Of a stretch of DNA of 64,000 nt, positions 12,701 to 26,799 are shown in pieces. The stretch is taken from NCBI RefSeq assembly GCF_009914755.1, contig NC_060942.1; one strand, written 5' to 3'. This stretch comes from the human T2T-CHM13v2.0 reference genome, Homo sapiens. Each line of letters begins with the position of its first letter. Position 1 is the stretch's first letter. Below the pieces are notes generated by a model. The model ran no database searches, had not been told where the DNA came from, and saw only the letters and a program-made list of their open reading frames with translations. The position numbers were made by a program, and so were the translations under genes.

Positions 12701-13550
12701 CAGACTTGCCTGTAGATAAATGCGTAAATCTCAATGACAGAAAGTTATGGTGAGAAACTGAGAAGCATACACATTTTAAGATTTGGAAAAGAGAGCTTCT
12801 CAAGTGGTATTAAAAAGTAGTCTGGATGATCATAAATTCAGGAAAATATGAATCTACATGGTTATATATCTTCTCCATTAGTGTTCAGAAGTGTATGTGG
12901 AAACAAAATGTAGCTACAGGATTGGCATGAAATTGAGTTTTGCAATGTAATGGAGAAGCAAGAGAGCAGGTGAAAGTAATTCATCTGATTACTCATAAAG
13001 TGGAGACAGGGTATCTAAGGTGTGGATACTAGAAGAAGGCTTGAAGACTAGAGAATACAGGTATAAAGGGAAGAAAAGTTTCTATAAAGTCTAAGACAAT
13101 AAATAACTTGAGGCTGTGAGAAAGCTTGAAAGTTCTAATTATAGAGTCATTTACTTGAATTTATGATTTCCAAGGCACAAGAACAACAGGAAGGTGGTAA
13201 TAATGCTCAGGTGTGGTGGAGGACATGATTAAAATGAATAATTCATACATGTAACAGAAGGAGGTATAGCTGAATATCATAAGCTAGAAAGGAAAAGGGG
13301 CTCTTTCACAGTATGGTTCATCAAATAAGAATGACTTAGTTTCCTAATCCGAATGGTATGATTCAGCCAAATTCTTCTCTCTGTCCCCAGAATGTTCTTC
13401 TCAATCATGTCTCCATACTTTTGGTCATATTGTTTCTTCCATCTCTTTTTCTTATTCTGGAAATATGCAAATTTTTCACATTCCTTGAATCCCATCCCAA
13501 GTCTCCTGAAAGTTTACTGGATTATGACATTGACTATTCCTCTGTTCCTC

Positions 13551-13553
<3 letters not shown>

Positions 13554-13592
<39 letters not shown>
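13554..13592. repeat. (CA)n microsatellite, about 19 units
   Basis: Pure AC run. Confidence 0.95.
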
Positions 13593-13595
<3 letters not shown>

Positions 13596-16500
13596 TTTGT
13601 TTTTAGCAGACATGTATTAAAATTTTGCCCCATTGAAGTCACTGGGCTAGAGGCAGTGAGGGACATTGGAATGTATATTAGTCCCTGTCATAAAGAAGGC
13701 TAGAACCCAAAAAGAGAAAATGAAGATATACAGGAAGTACTGAATTCAAATCTAAAGCCAAGTAGGGCATTAAAGAAGCACCATGTTTCAGAAGAAGTGA
13801 TGGTTCACAGTGGTTAAGTCAGAAAATTGTGTTACATCTGGGCTTCTATACTAACTAATGTGTATTCTTGGACTAATTTTACTGACAGTGAGTATTAACC
13901 TGTGGCTGAGAACAAGAGGAAATTTTCTAGAAAGATTCTAAAAGAAAATTTAAAAGAAACTATTTGGTATATATTTAAGAACATGTATATGCTTTCCAGA
14001 GTTTAAACCTTAATTATTTTCCATAGTCTTTAAATCATGGGACTAGGCATGAGAACTGGGTACTACTTCACAGTGATGAGTTGAGTGGTTTTAGGCTCAT
14101 TTTCCCCACACAACAAATAAAAGCAATACCCCTCAACACATGTTCTATGTAGGTTCTTGTGATAACACCATTAAAAATAACAGCTGGGAAAGTCATTTTA
14201 AAGTATAAAGTTTTAAATAAATAGAGTGAAATATGGTGATGATCATAAAATAATTGTGAAAACAATTTACGTTGGCATCTTCAAGTGATACTTCTCAAAA
14301 AATGTATAGTGTAACAGTGGGTTTGCACTATGTTCCTTATAATAATTATTCAACATCCAGAGCTTTACCCACCACTCACTATGTGTAATACTCTTTATGA
14401 AAAGGGAAAGATCATATAGTCCTAGAATATAAACAGTATACACAAAAATCAGGATTACAAATCATATTTTACTGGAGCAAACATCTTTTACTAGTGGTTA
14501 AATTGTTAGAAGTTAAAGATGGAATACCATTTGGAAAAATAATGTCAAGAGAATTTTTAACTTGAAAAAGCCCTTTCACTCTATTAATTATTTAATGAAA
14601 ATCAACACACATTTATTTGATGCTATATTACTGCCAGGTTATATGGTAGTTTTTGAAAGAAACAGCAGAAAGTAGAAAATGATCTTAACCTCAAGGGATT
14701 ATAATTCATTTAGTACTCAACAAATATGTGTTCATTAAACATTTAGCAAATACTTAAAACTAGGTTGGAGATAAGAGAATAAATGAAGTTCTAGAGAATG
14801 TAAATAACATGAAGTATGTATGTATTTAAATACATATTTTAAACATGTTTATATTTTAAGATTCATAATTTGTTTTAAGAATTCAGAAGAAAAGGGAACA
14901 TCTTTGGGTCTCCGTTCTCTAAGAGAGCTCCATGGAACAAGACCTGACATAGACTTTAGAGAATTAATAGAATTTTAATTGACAAAAGAAAAGGGGATAT
15001 CTTTTATAAAGAAAGATAATAATATAAATAAAAGCTTACAGGGAATATATATTATATCACGTATTACCATGTAAATAGTGAATATTTAATAACTATTTCC
15101 CAGTAAGAGCAAAGAATGAATGTTGTGTTAGTTAATGGAAAGCACCAAATGTTAGACTAAGGAATGTGAACTGGATTCCAGAGACCATGAGGGAATATAT
15201 ACAACACTGTTACACTCTAACCTTGATTGTCTTTGAATAATTTGATTGCCTATTAGAATAATTGCCTACTACAATAATGCAACTTTCAACGCCTATTTTT
15301 TTAAGGAGTGCATCCTTGGTTTATTTTTATGTTCCCAAATATCTAATTGAAGTTTAGATGATTCATTAAAAATGCAACTAAATTTCATTGTTTAACTAGA
15401 AGTGATGTCATATCAAATTTTGCAGGTATAAATTTCCATAGGGAAATAAATACATTTTAAAAGGTGTTTTGCATTCCTTTCAGTGAACCGAATTTAATTT
15501 TCTTTTATATTATTAAATTGATTTAAGTGAGCCTAATATCTCAAAATTTTAAATTATTGCTTTTCAGTGACTGCTCTCATTTGTTAGGGGACTTATTTTT
15601 CTGCAATACTTTTTCTTCAGTGTACATTTACAAAATCAATTTAGCATATTTCACCTTTATCCCTTTTGTATTAGCATTATCTCACTTGTTTAAATTTTGT
15701 TCTAAATGGTTGTTCCTAGATTTGATTTTGTGACATATGCCATTTTTATATTAGATTGAATTTTCAAAGTGTAAACTCTAGACCAATAGTTTTCTAATTA
15801 TTATTTTTTATCCAAGAAAGCATTTTTTGAAGAAAATCATGCGCTTAACTCTATATAAAACAAGCAAAATGGAGATGTTTTGTTAAAGTGGGTGTAAGAG
15901 GCTCAGCATCCTGTATATGCTGTCTTCTTCTTTTGTCTCCATTACTATCCCCAAGAAAACTCTAAAGATTTCCCAGAGTTTTGTTGACCACATCTTGAAA
16001 GCAACTGTTATAGACACCACTTCCTATTAGAAGGCAATTGAAGGTCATTTACCTTCCCTTTTAGTATCTATCACTGAGAAAGCAGTAATCTCCTTGGTTA
16101 TGGAACGTAATCTGTGTGTTTTTATTTTCTTCAGAAATAAACGGCAGAATATTGAGAAATGCTTCAATATATGCCTCACCCTCTCTCCTATACATATTGA
16201 AGGAATTCTGTTTGGTTTTCTTCTAGAAAATAAAAAATAAAATAATAAAATATAGTAGCTGTTCTTTCATGCAATGTATTTGAGAGCTATGCTTGGTCAA
16301 ATAATAGAAAAAGCTGATATAAGCTGGGAATCATGGAAAAGATACTGGTATTCCTTGCACATTTTAACTTCAAACACATATGTTTATATTTATTTGTCAA
16401 TTTGTGGCAGTAGTGGCTCAGAGCATATGAACATTCCTATTTTTGAATTTATTTTTTAAACTGACAAATAGAAATGCATATATTTATTATGTAAAACATG

Positions 16501-16669
16501 ATGTTTTGAAATATACATGCATTGCAGAACAGGTAAATTGAGCTAATTAATATATGCATTACTTCACATACTTTTCATTTTTTAAGGTGAGAACACTGAA
16601 AATCTACTATCTCAGCAATTTTCAATAATACATTGCTATTAACTATATTCGCCATGTTATGAAATAGAT

Positions 16670-17176
16670 GTCCATTTGACCCAGCAATCCTATTACTGGG
16701 TATATACCCAAAGGAATATAAATCATTCTACTATAAAGACATGTGCACACATATGTTTATTGTAGCACTATTTACAATAGCAAAGTCATGGAACCAATCC
16801 TAATGCCCATCAGTGATAGACTGGATACAGAAAATATAGTACATATATACCATGGAATACTACACAGCCATAAAAAGGAATGAGATTATGTCCTTGGCAG
16901 AGACATGGAAGAAACTGGAAGCCATCATCCTCAGCAAACTAACACAGGAACAGCATGTTCTCACTCATAAATGAGAGTTAAACAATGAAAACACATGGAC
17001 ACTGGGAGGAGAAATACACATGCCAGGGCCTGTTGTGGGTGGGGGATGAGGGGAGGGAACTTAGAGGACAGGTCAATAGGTGCAGCAAACCAGCATGGCA
17101 CACGTATACCTATGTAACAAACCTGAATGTTCTGCAGATATATCCTGGATGTTGAAGTCCAATTAAAAAAAGAAAA
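16670..17176 (+). mobile_element. 5'-truncated L1PA 3' end inserted in the L1MA
   Basis: 'ccatttgacccagcaatcc...catgttctcactcataa...ggcacacgtatacctatgtaacaaacctg', A-rich tail, TSD gaaatagat/gaaataaat. Confidence 0.92.
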
Positions 17177-18970
17177 GAAATAAATTTCTTGAACTCATTC
17201 CTCCTATCTAATGAAATTTGGCATTCTTTAACTAACATCTCCCCCCGACCTCTCCCTACTCTCCAACCTCTATAAACAACCATTCTACTCTCTGCTTCTA
17301 TGTGTTCAACTTATTTAGCTTCCACATATAAGGGCAATCACATAGTATTTGCTTTTCTGCAGTTGGTTTATTTCACTTAACACAATGTCTTGTAGATGCA
17401 TCCATGTTGTCAAAAATGACAGAATTTTCTTCTTTTTTAAGGCGGTATTCCATTGTGTACATACGCCACATTTTCTTTGTCTATTCCTCTGTCAGTAAAT
17501 ACTTCAGTTGATACCATATCTTGGCTATTGTGAATAGTGCTGCAATAAACAATGGAGGTCAGATATCTCTTAGACATACAGATTTTATTTCCTTTGGATA
17601 TATACTCAAAAGTGGGAGTGATGATAATATGGTAGTTGAACTTTCAATTTTTTGAGGCACCTTTACACTGTTTTCAACAATGGCTGTATTAATTTACAGT
17701 CCTACCAATTATGTGCAAGATTGCCTTTTCTTTACATCCTCACTGACACTTATCTTTTGTCTTTTTAGTAATAGCCATTTTAATAAGTGTGCAGTAATAT
17801 CTCATTGTGGTTTTAATTTTTATATGATGATTAGTGATGTTGACCATCTTTTATACACCTGTTGGTCATTTGTACATCTTTTTTTGATAAAAGTCTATTC
17901 AGGTTATTTGCCCGTTTCTGATTTTTTTTTTTTTTTTTTTTTTGCTATTGAAGTGTTTGAATTTCTTATATATTTTCAATATGAATTCATTATCATATAA
18001 TCGATACGAAAATATTTTCTTCCATTTCATAGGTTGCTTCTTCACTATTTTGATATTTTTATTTGCTGTGCAGAAGCTTTTTAGTTTGATGTAATCTCAC
18101 TTGTCTGTTTCACTTTTGCTTTCTGTGCTTCTTTTGAGGTCATATCCAAAAAGTCTTTGTCCAGACCACTGTCCTGGAGCATGTTTCCTATGCTTTTTTA
18201 TAGTAATTCTATAGTTTCATGTATAACATTTATGCCTTTAGTGCGTTTTGCATTAGTGTTTTATATAGGGAGAGATATGAGTCTAATTTTATTCATTTGG
18301 GTATAGATATTCAGTTGTTCCAACATCATTTATTAAAGAGAGGTTCATTCTTCATTGTGTGTTCCTAGTGCCTTTGTCAGAAATCAATTGGCCATAAATG
18401 TGTAGATTTATTTCTGGGCTCTCTATTCTGTTCCATTGGTCTATGAGTTTCTTTTTATGCCAAAAACATGCTGTTTTAATTAATATAACTTTGTAGCATA
18501 TTTTGAAGTAAGGCAGAGTGATCCCTTTAGTTTTATTTTTTGGTTTAAGATTGCTTTTGCTATTTAGAGTCCTTTTTGGTTCCACATAAAATTTAGGATT
18601 TTTTTCCTATTTCTGTGAAAAATCTCATTGGAATTTTTAGAGATTGCTATGAATTTGTATACTGCTTTGAGAAGTATGGACATTTTAACAATATTAGTTA
18701 TTCCAATTCATGAACATGAGATATCTTTCCATTTATTTGTATCTTCTGTTTCTCTCATCAGTGTTTTATAGTTTTCAGTGTACAGTTATTTTGCCTTGTT
18801 GCTTAAATTTATCCCTAAGTATTTTATAGTTGTAGCTACTGTAAATTAGATTTTTTTTTTATTTCTTTTTTGGATAGTTTGCTGTTAGTGCATAAAAATC
18901 CTCCTGGCTTTTGTGTGTTGACTTTGTGTCCAGTAACTTTACTAAATTTATCTGTTCTAAGAGGTATACG

Positions 18971-19223
18971 GGCCGGGCGCGGTGGTTCATGCCTGTAATC
19001 CCAGCACTTTGGGAGGCCGAGGCGGGTGGATCACGAGGTCAGGAGATTGAGACTATCCTGTCTAACACGGTGAAACCCCGTCTCTACTAAAAATACAAAA
19101 AATTACCTGGGCGTGGTGGCGGACGCCTGTAGTCCCAGCTACTCGGGAGGCGGAGCTTGCAGTGAGCCAAGATCGGGACACTGCACTCCAGCCTGGGCCA
19201 CTGAGCAAGACTCCATCTAAAAA
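18971..19223 (+). mobile_element. AluY with a 32-bp internal deletion
   Basis: ggccgggcgcggtgg start; Y diagnostics 'ctaacacggtgaaacc' and 'ggagcttgcagtgagcc'. Confidence 0.92.
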
Positions 19224-19896
19224 GGTTATATGGTGGAGTCTTTAGGATTTTCTATATGTAAGATCATGTTATCTACAAAAATAGACACTTAACTTCTTCC
19301 TGTCCAATTTGAATGTCTTTTATTTCTGTCTCTTGCATAACTATTCTGGCTAGGACTTTCAGTGCTATGCTGAATTCAAGTAGTGAGAGTGGTTATCCTT
19401 GTCTTGCTCCTAACTGTGGAGGAGAGCTTTCAACTTTCCTCTGTTGAGTATGATGTTAGCTGTGGGTTTGTCATACACGGTCTTTATTGTGTTGAAGTAC
19501 ATTTCTTCTATACCTAATTTGTTAAAAGAGTTTTTATCATGAAAGTATGTTAAATTTTGTTAAATGCTTTTTCTTCATCTATTGGGATGATCAATTGGCT
19601 TTTGTTTTTCATTCTGTTAATGTGGTATATCACATATATTGACTTGAATTTGTTGTCCTATCTTTGCATTTCTTGGATTAATCCCACTTTATCTTGGTGA
19701 ATGATTCTTTTACTGTGCTGTTGAAATTGGTTTTCTAATATTTTCTTCAGGATTTTTTCATCTACATTCATCAAGGCTCTTGGTCTGCATATTTTTCCTT
19801 TCATTTTCCTTTTGTAGTTCTGGTATTAGATTAATACTGGCCTCATAAATCAGCTTAGAAGTACTCCTTTCTCATTAATTCTTTGAAAGTGTGTGA

Positions 19897-20637
<741 letters not shown>

Positions 20638-21099
20638 GGTCCTGTGCCTTTCTTTAATGGGAGACTTTTTACTACTGATTTAATCTTTTACTTATTATTG
20701 TTCTGTTCAGATTTTCTATGTTCTTGTGAGTAGGTCTTGGTAGGTTATATGTTTCTAGAAATTTCTCCATTTTCCAGGTCATCATCTTATTATTATTATT
20801 ATATGCAGTTTTTTATACCAGTCTCATGATCCTTTGTATTTCTGTGGTATCAGTTGTGATGTTTCATTATTTATTTCTGATTTTATTTACTTGACTCTTT
20901 TCTCCCTTTTCTTAAGTACTGCAGCTATTGGTTTGTTGATTTTGTTTATCTTTCTGAAAAATTAACTTTTAATTTTATTGATTTTTTTTTAATATAATTT
21001 TTTGTTCCTGGGCCTCATTCATAGAGGAGGCTCACTAAGGAAGAGCCTTGGCTGTTATTCTGCCATATCTAATTTGTAGCTTTACTTTAAAATAAAATA

Positions 21100-21690
21100 A
21101 TAGGCTTTTTTACTTAAAAGAGTTTTGGGTTTATATAAAAAAATGAGTAGAAAGTATGAAGAGCTCCCATATAACTTCTCTCTCACCCTCACACTTTCCT
21201 CTATCACACATCTTGGATTAGTATGGTACATTTGTTACAGCTGATGAACCAATATTGATTCATTGTTATTAGCTAAAGTCTATAGTTTACATTACGGTTT
21301 ACTCTGGTGTTGTGCAGTCCTAGGGTTTAGACAAATGCATAAAACATGTATCCATCATTGCAGTATCATACAGAATAGTTCCATTACCCTAAACATCCCT
21401 AGTGCTCCACCTATTTATCCTTCCCTCTCCTTCTCAACCTCTGGTAACAATAGATCTTTTTACTCTGTCTACAGTTTTTTGTTTTCCAGAATGTCATGTA
21501 GGTGGAATAATACATTATGTAGCCTTTTAATATTGGCTTATTTCACTTTGCAATATGCATTTAAAGTTCCTCTGTGTCTTTTCATGGCTTGATAGCTAAT
21601 TTCTTATTATTGCTAAATAATAGTCCATTGCATGGATACACCAAAGCTTATTGATTCACTTACTGAAAAGCATCTTGGTTGCTGTAGACT
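21100..21690 (-). mobile_element. L1MC-like 3' end fragment
   Basis: 'gtatggtacatttgttacagctgatgaaccaatattgat', 'cagtatcatacagaatagtt'. Confidence 0.8.
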
Positions 21691-24689
21691 CACTTTTAAC
21701 TGTAAGTTACAATCAACAGATCATTTACATTTTAAGAAGTACTCTTTTCCAGCACTAATGCCAAGATGTGCTTCCTTAACAAAAAAATCCCTCTAAGAAC
21801 AATACCTTTCCCATTCTTTAATTTTCACATGTATTTTAGATACAAAAACACAATTCAACAGATGTTTTAAGCTAATCACTATTATAAATAACAGAAATTT
21901 TTGATCTGATATTTTATCTGTCCCTAAGAATTGTGAGGACGCTATGCAACTCACAAATGTAATTGTCATTTATTCATGCAAACAATAATAATTGAGTAAC
22001 TGCTATACTCTTTTCTATGAGATAATAATAAATACATATTGGCAAAAGAATAAACATATTTTCAATTCCATGTTCAGAAATTTGTGTCATTAGAAAGGAG
22101 ATGACAAAAGTAGCAACATTTATTGTAATTGGAGAAGTATGCTCTTTTCCCCTCTATATTCTAACCCTTAGTTTCAGCTTATATTACTTTGAAATACAAT
22201 TTGATGAAATGATTTGTAAAGCCAAATCACTAAACTTCTCTGCTCATAGCTTTTAAAAAATAAACTGTTTGCTGACCCTGTTTCAAACATTTTATTGTTT
22301 TGTATGTTTTATTGCTATAAACATTACTGTATTCCTATAACATTTTCAGTTCTTTCTTTCCTTAACTTCTTAAAAGTAGTTATTAAGGTTTCTACTTTTC
22401 CAGTTTGATTTTGTGAGACACTAAATCTTTATCATATAATTCAGAATTTTTAAAGCTTGCCTTTATGGTTTTTCTTTGTGACTTGGCCTCTAGAATCATA
22501 AAAAAAGAAAGAAACATCATGTCCACTTCCAATGTGTAGAGTGATCTCTTTATTTTTTCCCATATCCTAACCCAGACAATTTCTTATACTTTGGGAAAAT
22601 TAAAGCTGCTAAACAACATTCTTCTGTCATTGAATACCTTAGACTTTAAATGCATGTGGCATAATGGGTACTAACAATGTATGTCCTCTGTACCCCTACC
22701 AATCCTTACAGCATGTCTCACTAATTCATCACCATCCAATCAATAATGGCCCCTGCAGAGAGGGGGTGGAAGAAGGATGCCTTTCTATTTCCCATAAATA
22801 TTTGAAATTGGCCTGATTATATCGTCTTGTGCTTGGGTGCAGGGACAATAGCCTTTCATTTAGATGAGCAGAGCGATACACAGGTGGAGAAGTACCTAGT
22901 TAGGAAGATTAAATAAAAATGTGCCACTGAACTGTGTAACAGCAGAAACCATCATCTGCCTATATTCCAATTGCATAAAATTGGGTCTTATTAACAAAAG
23001 GTAATACGAGACAGAAACCAACAGAACAGAACACTGCCGATTTCCCATTGTCACATGTACAGTTATCTTCCTCTCCCTTTTTCTTTCTTTCTCCAACCTT
23101 TTCCCTTTCTGTTTGCACTCCCTATTTCCACCCCCCACCACAGAAACTTTCTTGCCCTCTTGTCACCTTTCTCTTTATTACTTTCCTTCTAATTTTCTCC
23201 TTTATCTTATTTTCTTTCTATCTTTCCTCTTGGACATAGTAGTAACATAACCAGGAGAGTGATTTGAGATTATCAATCTTGCAGCTTTAAGAAGTATAAG
23301 CTTCAAAGGGATTAGCCTACATGTGGGGAAAATGATTAGAAAATATTACAAATTTTTAGGCAAGTGATGATGAGGTTCTGAAATGGTGGTTGCGGGAAAG
23401 GTAAAGAGAAGGTGGATGCGAGAAATATTGTAAAGATGGAATTGACAGCTTCACAATTGTAGTAAGGACTAGAGCATACTTTCAGAACATTAGATAATCA
23501 TTTGCACATCATAACTGCGATTTTTCAACTGCTAATTTGGCATTGCAATGTGAACTTCAACAATCTGCCCTTTATATGCATAAAAATATCATGAATAAAT
23601 CAGGGAAAAGCTAATGAGAAAATATATACCAAAGAGCTAAGTAAGCTCCATGAAGAAAATCAACAACAGTTTGTAATTCAGTTCAATCATGTGCTGGGTA
23701 ATTGCATATTATGCAATCCAAAAGCATGTGCACTTTCTATTGTAAAATCAGGTTGAGTCCTGAATGTTGGCTCTCTGTGAACGCAGACTTCTACAGAGGG
23801 CCTACAGTGGGTTTGCATGTTTAGATGTGCTAAAATATGCACTTGAAAAAAAAAAAACACTTCTCTCCTATGACCTCTTTGGAAAAATAATACCATTGGG
23901 CATCACGCCTTGGAAACCCACATGGCACAGTTAATGAAAAGCCAGGAGTTTGGAGAGAATATTGAATTTGAAAGTCTCTGAGAGTGTTCCCCAAATGGGT
24001 TGTTAAGTCCCTGTGACAGAGAACATTAGTGCTAGATGATGACAGTCATTCGATTCTAAACACAAACCATATTGTCTGTGATTAAAAGCAGATGCTAGAG
24101 GAGGGCATCCAGGGCATTGTGGCCAGAGCTGTGTTAGAACTATCCCTTGGGGATTTCAAGGCTGGGACTGAAAGTAATAATAATAATCACAATAAAATAA
24201 AACAAAATCTTCATTAATCCCCATATTGAAGGGTAGATGTCTATAATTTCTGATAGCGTAAGGTTCAAATGATCTCCACGTTTGGGGAAAGACATCAAAA
24301 TCATTCTTTATTTATACATACATATCAATGTATATATATACATTTATTTATAAAGACACACACACATATGTGTGTGTATGTATATATTCTTTCACAGATG
24401 CAAAGAGAAAAAAATAAGCAAACTCCAGGCCACAACAAGATGTCCACATAATCATTTAAATCATATATATGCATGAAGTTCTGTTTGTTTGTGAATCTAT
24501 GCTGCACCTGTTTGCCTATGTGGTTTGTTACATAGTGTTGGGGAAAAGACAGGTCATTAACCTGTTTTGTTTCTATAATACTTTGATCCAGAAAAATATA
24601 TCCAGAAAAATATTTTCTGCATGGATGGACTTTTTTCCTGTAAGTGTTTATAGGTATTTTTGATAAAATATTCTTCCCTTCTTTTAAAC

Positions 24690-26230
24690 ATTTTAAAATT
24701 GGTATATAATAATTATACACATTTTTGCATACATATAATAGCTTAATATATGTATACAATGTGTGATAATCAAATGAAGATAATTAGGACATCCATCACT
24801 TCAAACACTTATGTTTTCTTTCTTTCTTTTTTTTTTCTCCTGCCCTCCTTTCACTCTAATGTTTCAAACACTTGTCTTTTCTTTGTCTTGGAACATTACC
24901 ATTCTTCTCTTCTAGCTATATTGAAATATACAAAAAGTTATTGAAAACTATAATTTCGCTACTGTACTATCAAATACTAGAACTCATTTATTTTTCCTAT
25001 CTATTAACTAACTTCTCTTCACGCCCCCACCTCCTTCCTTTCCCAGCCTCTGGTAACCACCATTCTATTCTCTATCTCCATGTGATCCACTTTTTTTTAG
25101 CTCCCACGTATGAATGAGAACATGCCGTATTTGCCTTTCTGTGCCTATCTTATTTTCCATAATCTATCTCTCTATATAACATCTTTTATATTCACTCATC
25201 TATTGTTGGAAATTTAGCTTGGTGGTATATCTTGGTTATTGAAAAAAGTCCTGAAATAAAGATAGGGAGCAGATCTCTCTCCAGTATACTAATTTGTTTT
25301 CTTTTGTACCTATACCCATCAGTGGAATTGCTGGATCACATGGTAGTTCTATGTTTCATTTTTTTGAGAAACCGCCATACTATTTTTTGTAATGGCTGTA
25401 CAACTTTATATTCCCACCAACAGTGTACATATGTCCCCCTTTCTCCCCATCATCGCCAGCATTTATTATTTTTCTTTTTGATAATAGCCATTCTGAGTCG
25501 AGATGATACCTCAATGTGATATGGTTTTGAATTGCATTTCCCTGATGATTAGTGATATTGAACATTTTTTCATATACCTCTTGGCCATTTGCATGTCTTC
25601 TCTTGAGAAATGTCTATTAAGGATTTTCGCCTATTTTTTAATCAAATTACTTGAGGGTTTTTTATTTTATTTTTTATTTTTATAGTTTGCTACTGAGTTC
25701 TTTGAATTGTTTATATATTCTGATTATTTATTTCTACTTGGATGGACAGTTCATCTTTTAAGAACATTACTTCCATTTTCTAGATTGTATTTTTCACTTT
25801 GTTAATTATTTCCTTTGATGTGCAGAAGCTTTTTAGCTTGATGTAATTCTGTGTGTCTATTTTTGTTTTTGTTGCCTGTGTTTTTGACATCTCTGTCCAG
25901 ATCAATGTCTTATAGCATTTCCCCAGTGTTTTCTTCCAGTAGTTTCAAAGTTTTCTGTCTTGGATTTAAGGCTTTAATCCATTGAGTTGATTTTTTTTAA
26001 TGGTGAAAAATGGGATCTGGTTTCATTCTTCTACATATGGATATCCAACCCACATCATTTATGAAAGAGACTGTCTTTTCCCCAGTATATGTTCTTGCTT
26101 TCTATGTAAAAAAATGAGTTGGCTATAAGTGTGTGGGTCTATTTCTGAATTCTCTATTCTGTTCTGTTGGTCTATGTTTCTGTTTTTCTGCCAGTACCAT
26201 GCTGTGTTGGTTGTAACAACTTTATCTTAT
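24690..26230 (-). mobile_element. L1MA-type 3' fragment
   Basis: 'agctcccacgtatgaatgagaacatgc', 'gaattgctggatcacatggtagttc', 'tgcagaagctttttagcttgatg'. Confidence 0.9.
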
Positions 26231-26419
26231 TGCCTACAGAACATAAAAAATATATTTATTAAAATTATTTTAATAAATGCAACACTTCAACTAGAGTTGC
26301 ATATGAATCACTTTGGATAAAAAACTATATCCATCTAAAATTAATTCAATAATTATATGTTCAAATTTTTAAAATAAACTTTACCTGTGTGTTTTCATTT
26401 AATACAAGAATTATAGAAG

Positions 26420-26560
26420 ATACATTACTATGTCACCAATTTTACAGTTGAGGTAACTGAAACACAGAAAAGTTCAGTAATTTTCCCAAGGAAAATGATT
26501 AGTAAGTAGCAGAGCTGGGATCTAAAGCCAGTAAGTCTGACTTCACAGCCAGGAGTCTTC
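26420..26560 (-). mobile_element. MIR fragment
   Basis: 'attttacagttgaggtaactgaaacacaga...agtaagtagcagagctgggatctaaagcc'. Confidence 0.75.
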
Positions 26561-26799
26561 ATAAAAGTGACTTTATTTTTATAAAAAGCAGAAACCAAAG
26601 CTTAAGTCCTGTTGAAAGCAGGGCATCTAATTACACCATACTCCTTCAAAAATATCTTAGATTCCAAAGTACTTTACCTTCCATTTAGGGATAAACCAGG
26701 AATAAGTGATTCTCAAGTTCCACACAGCATATATGCACAGGAGAAAATACCTTGAAAAAGACAATACCTTGTATCTGAGATCAAATATAAACTATATTT

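Larger units (their letters stand above)
9900..13300 (-). mobile_element. Fragmented L2 LINE (interrupted by a plus-strand L2 and a GA-rich repeat)
   Basis: 3' tail 'ttcattcattc...catggtccttgaccttggggagt' followed by long degenerate purine-rich L2 antisense sequence; internal extent uncertain. Confidence 0.55.

Noticed and set aside
18352-18585. Minus-strand ORF resembling L1 ORF2
   Set aside because: Short remnant in a heavily mutated L1MA; non-functional.
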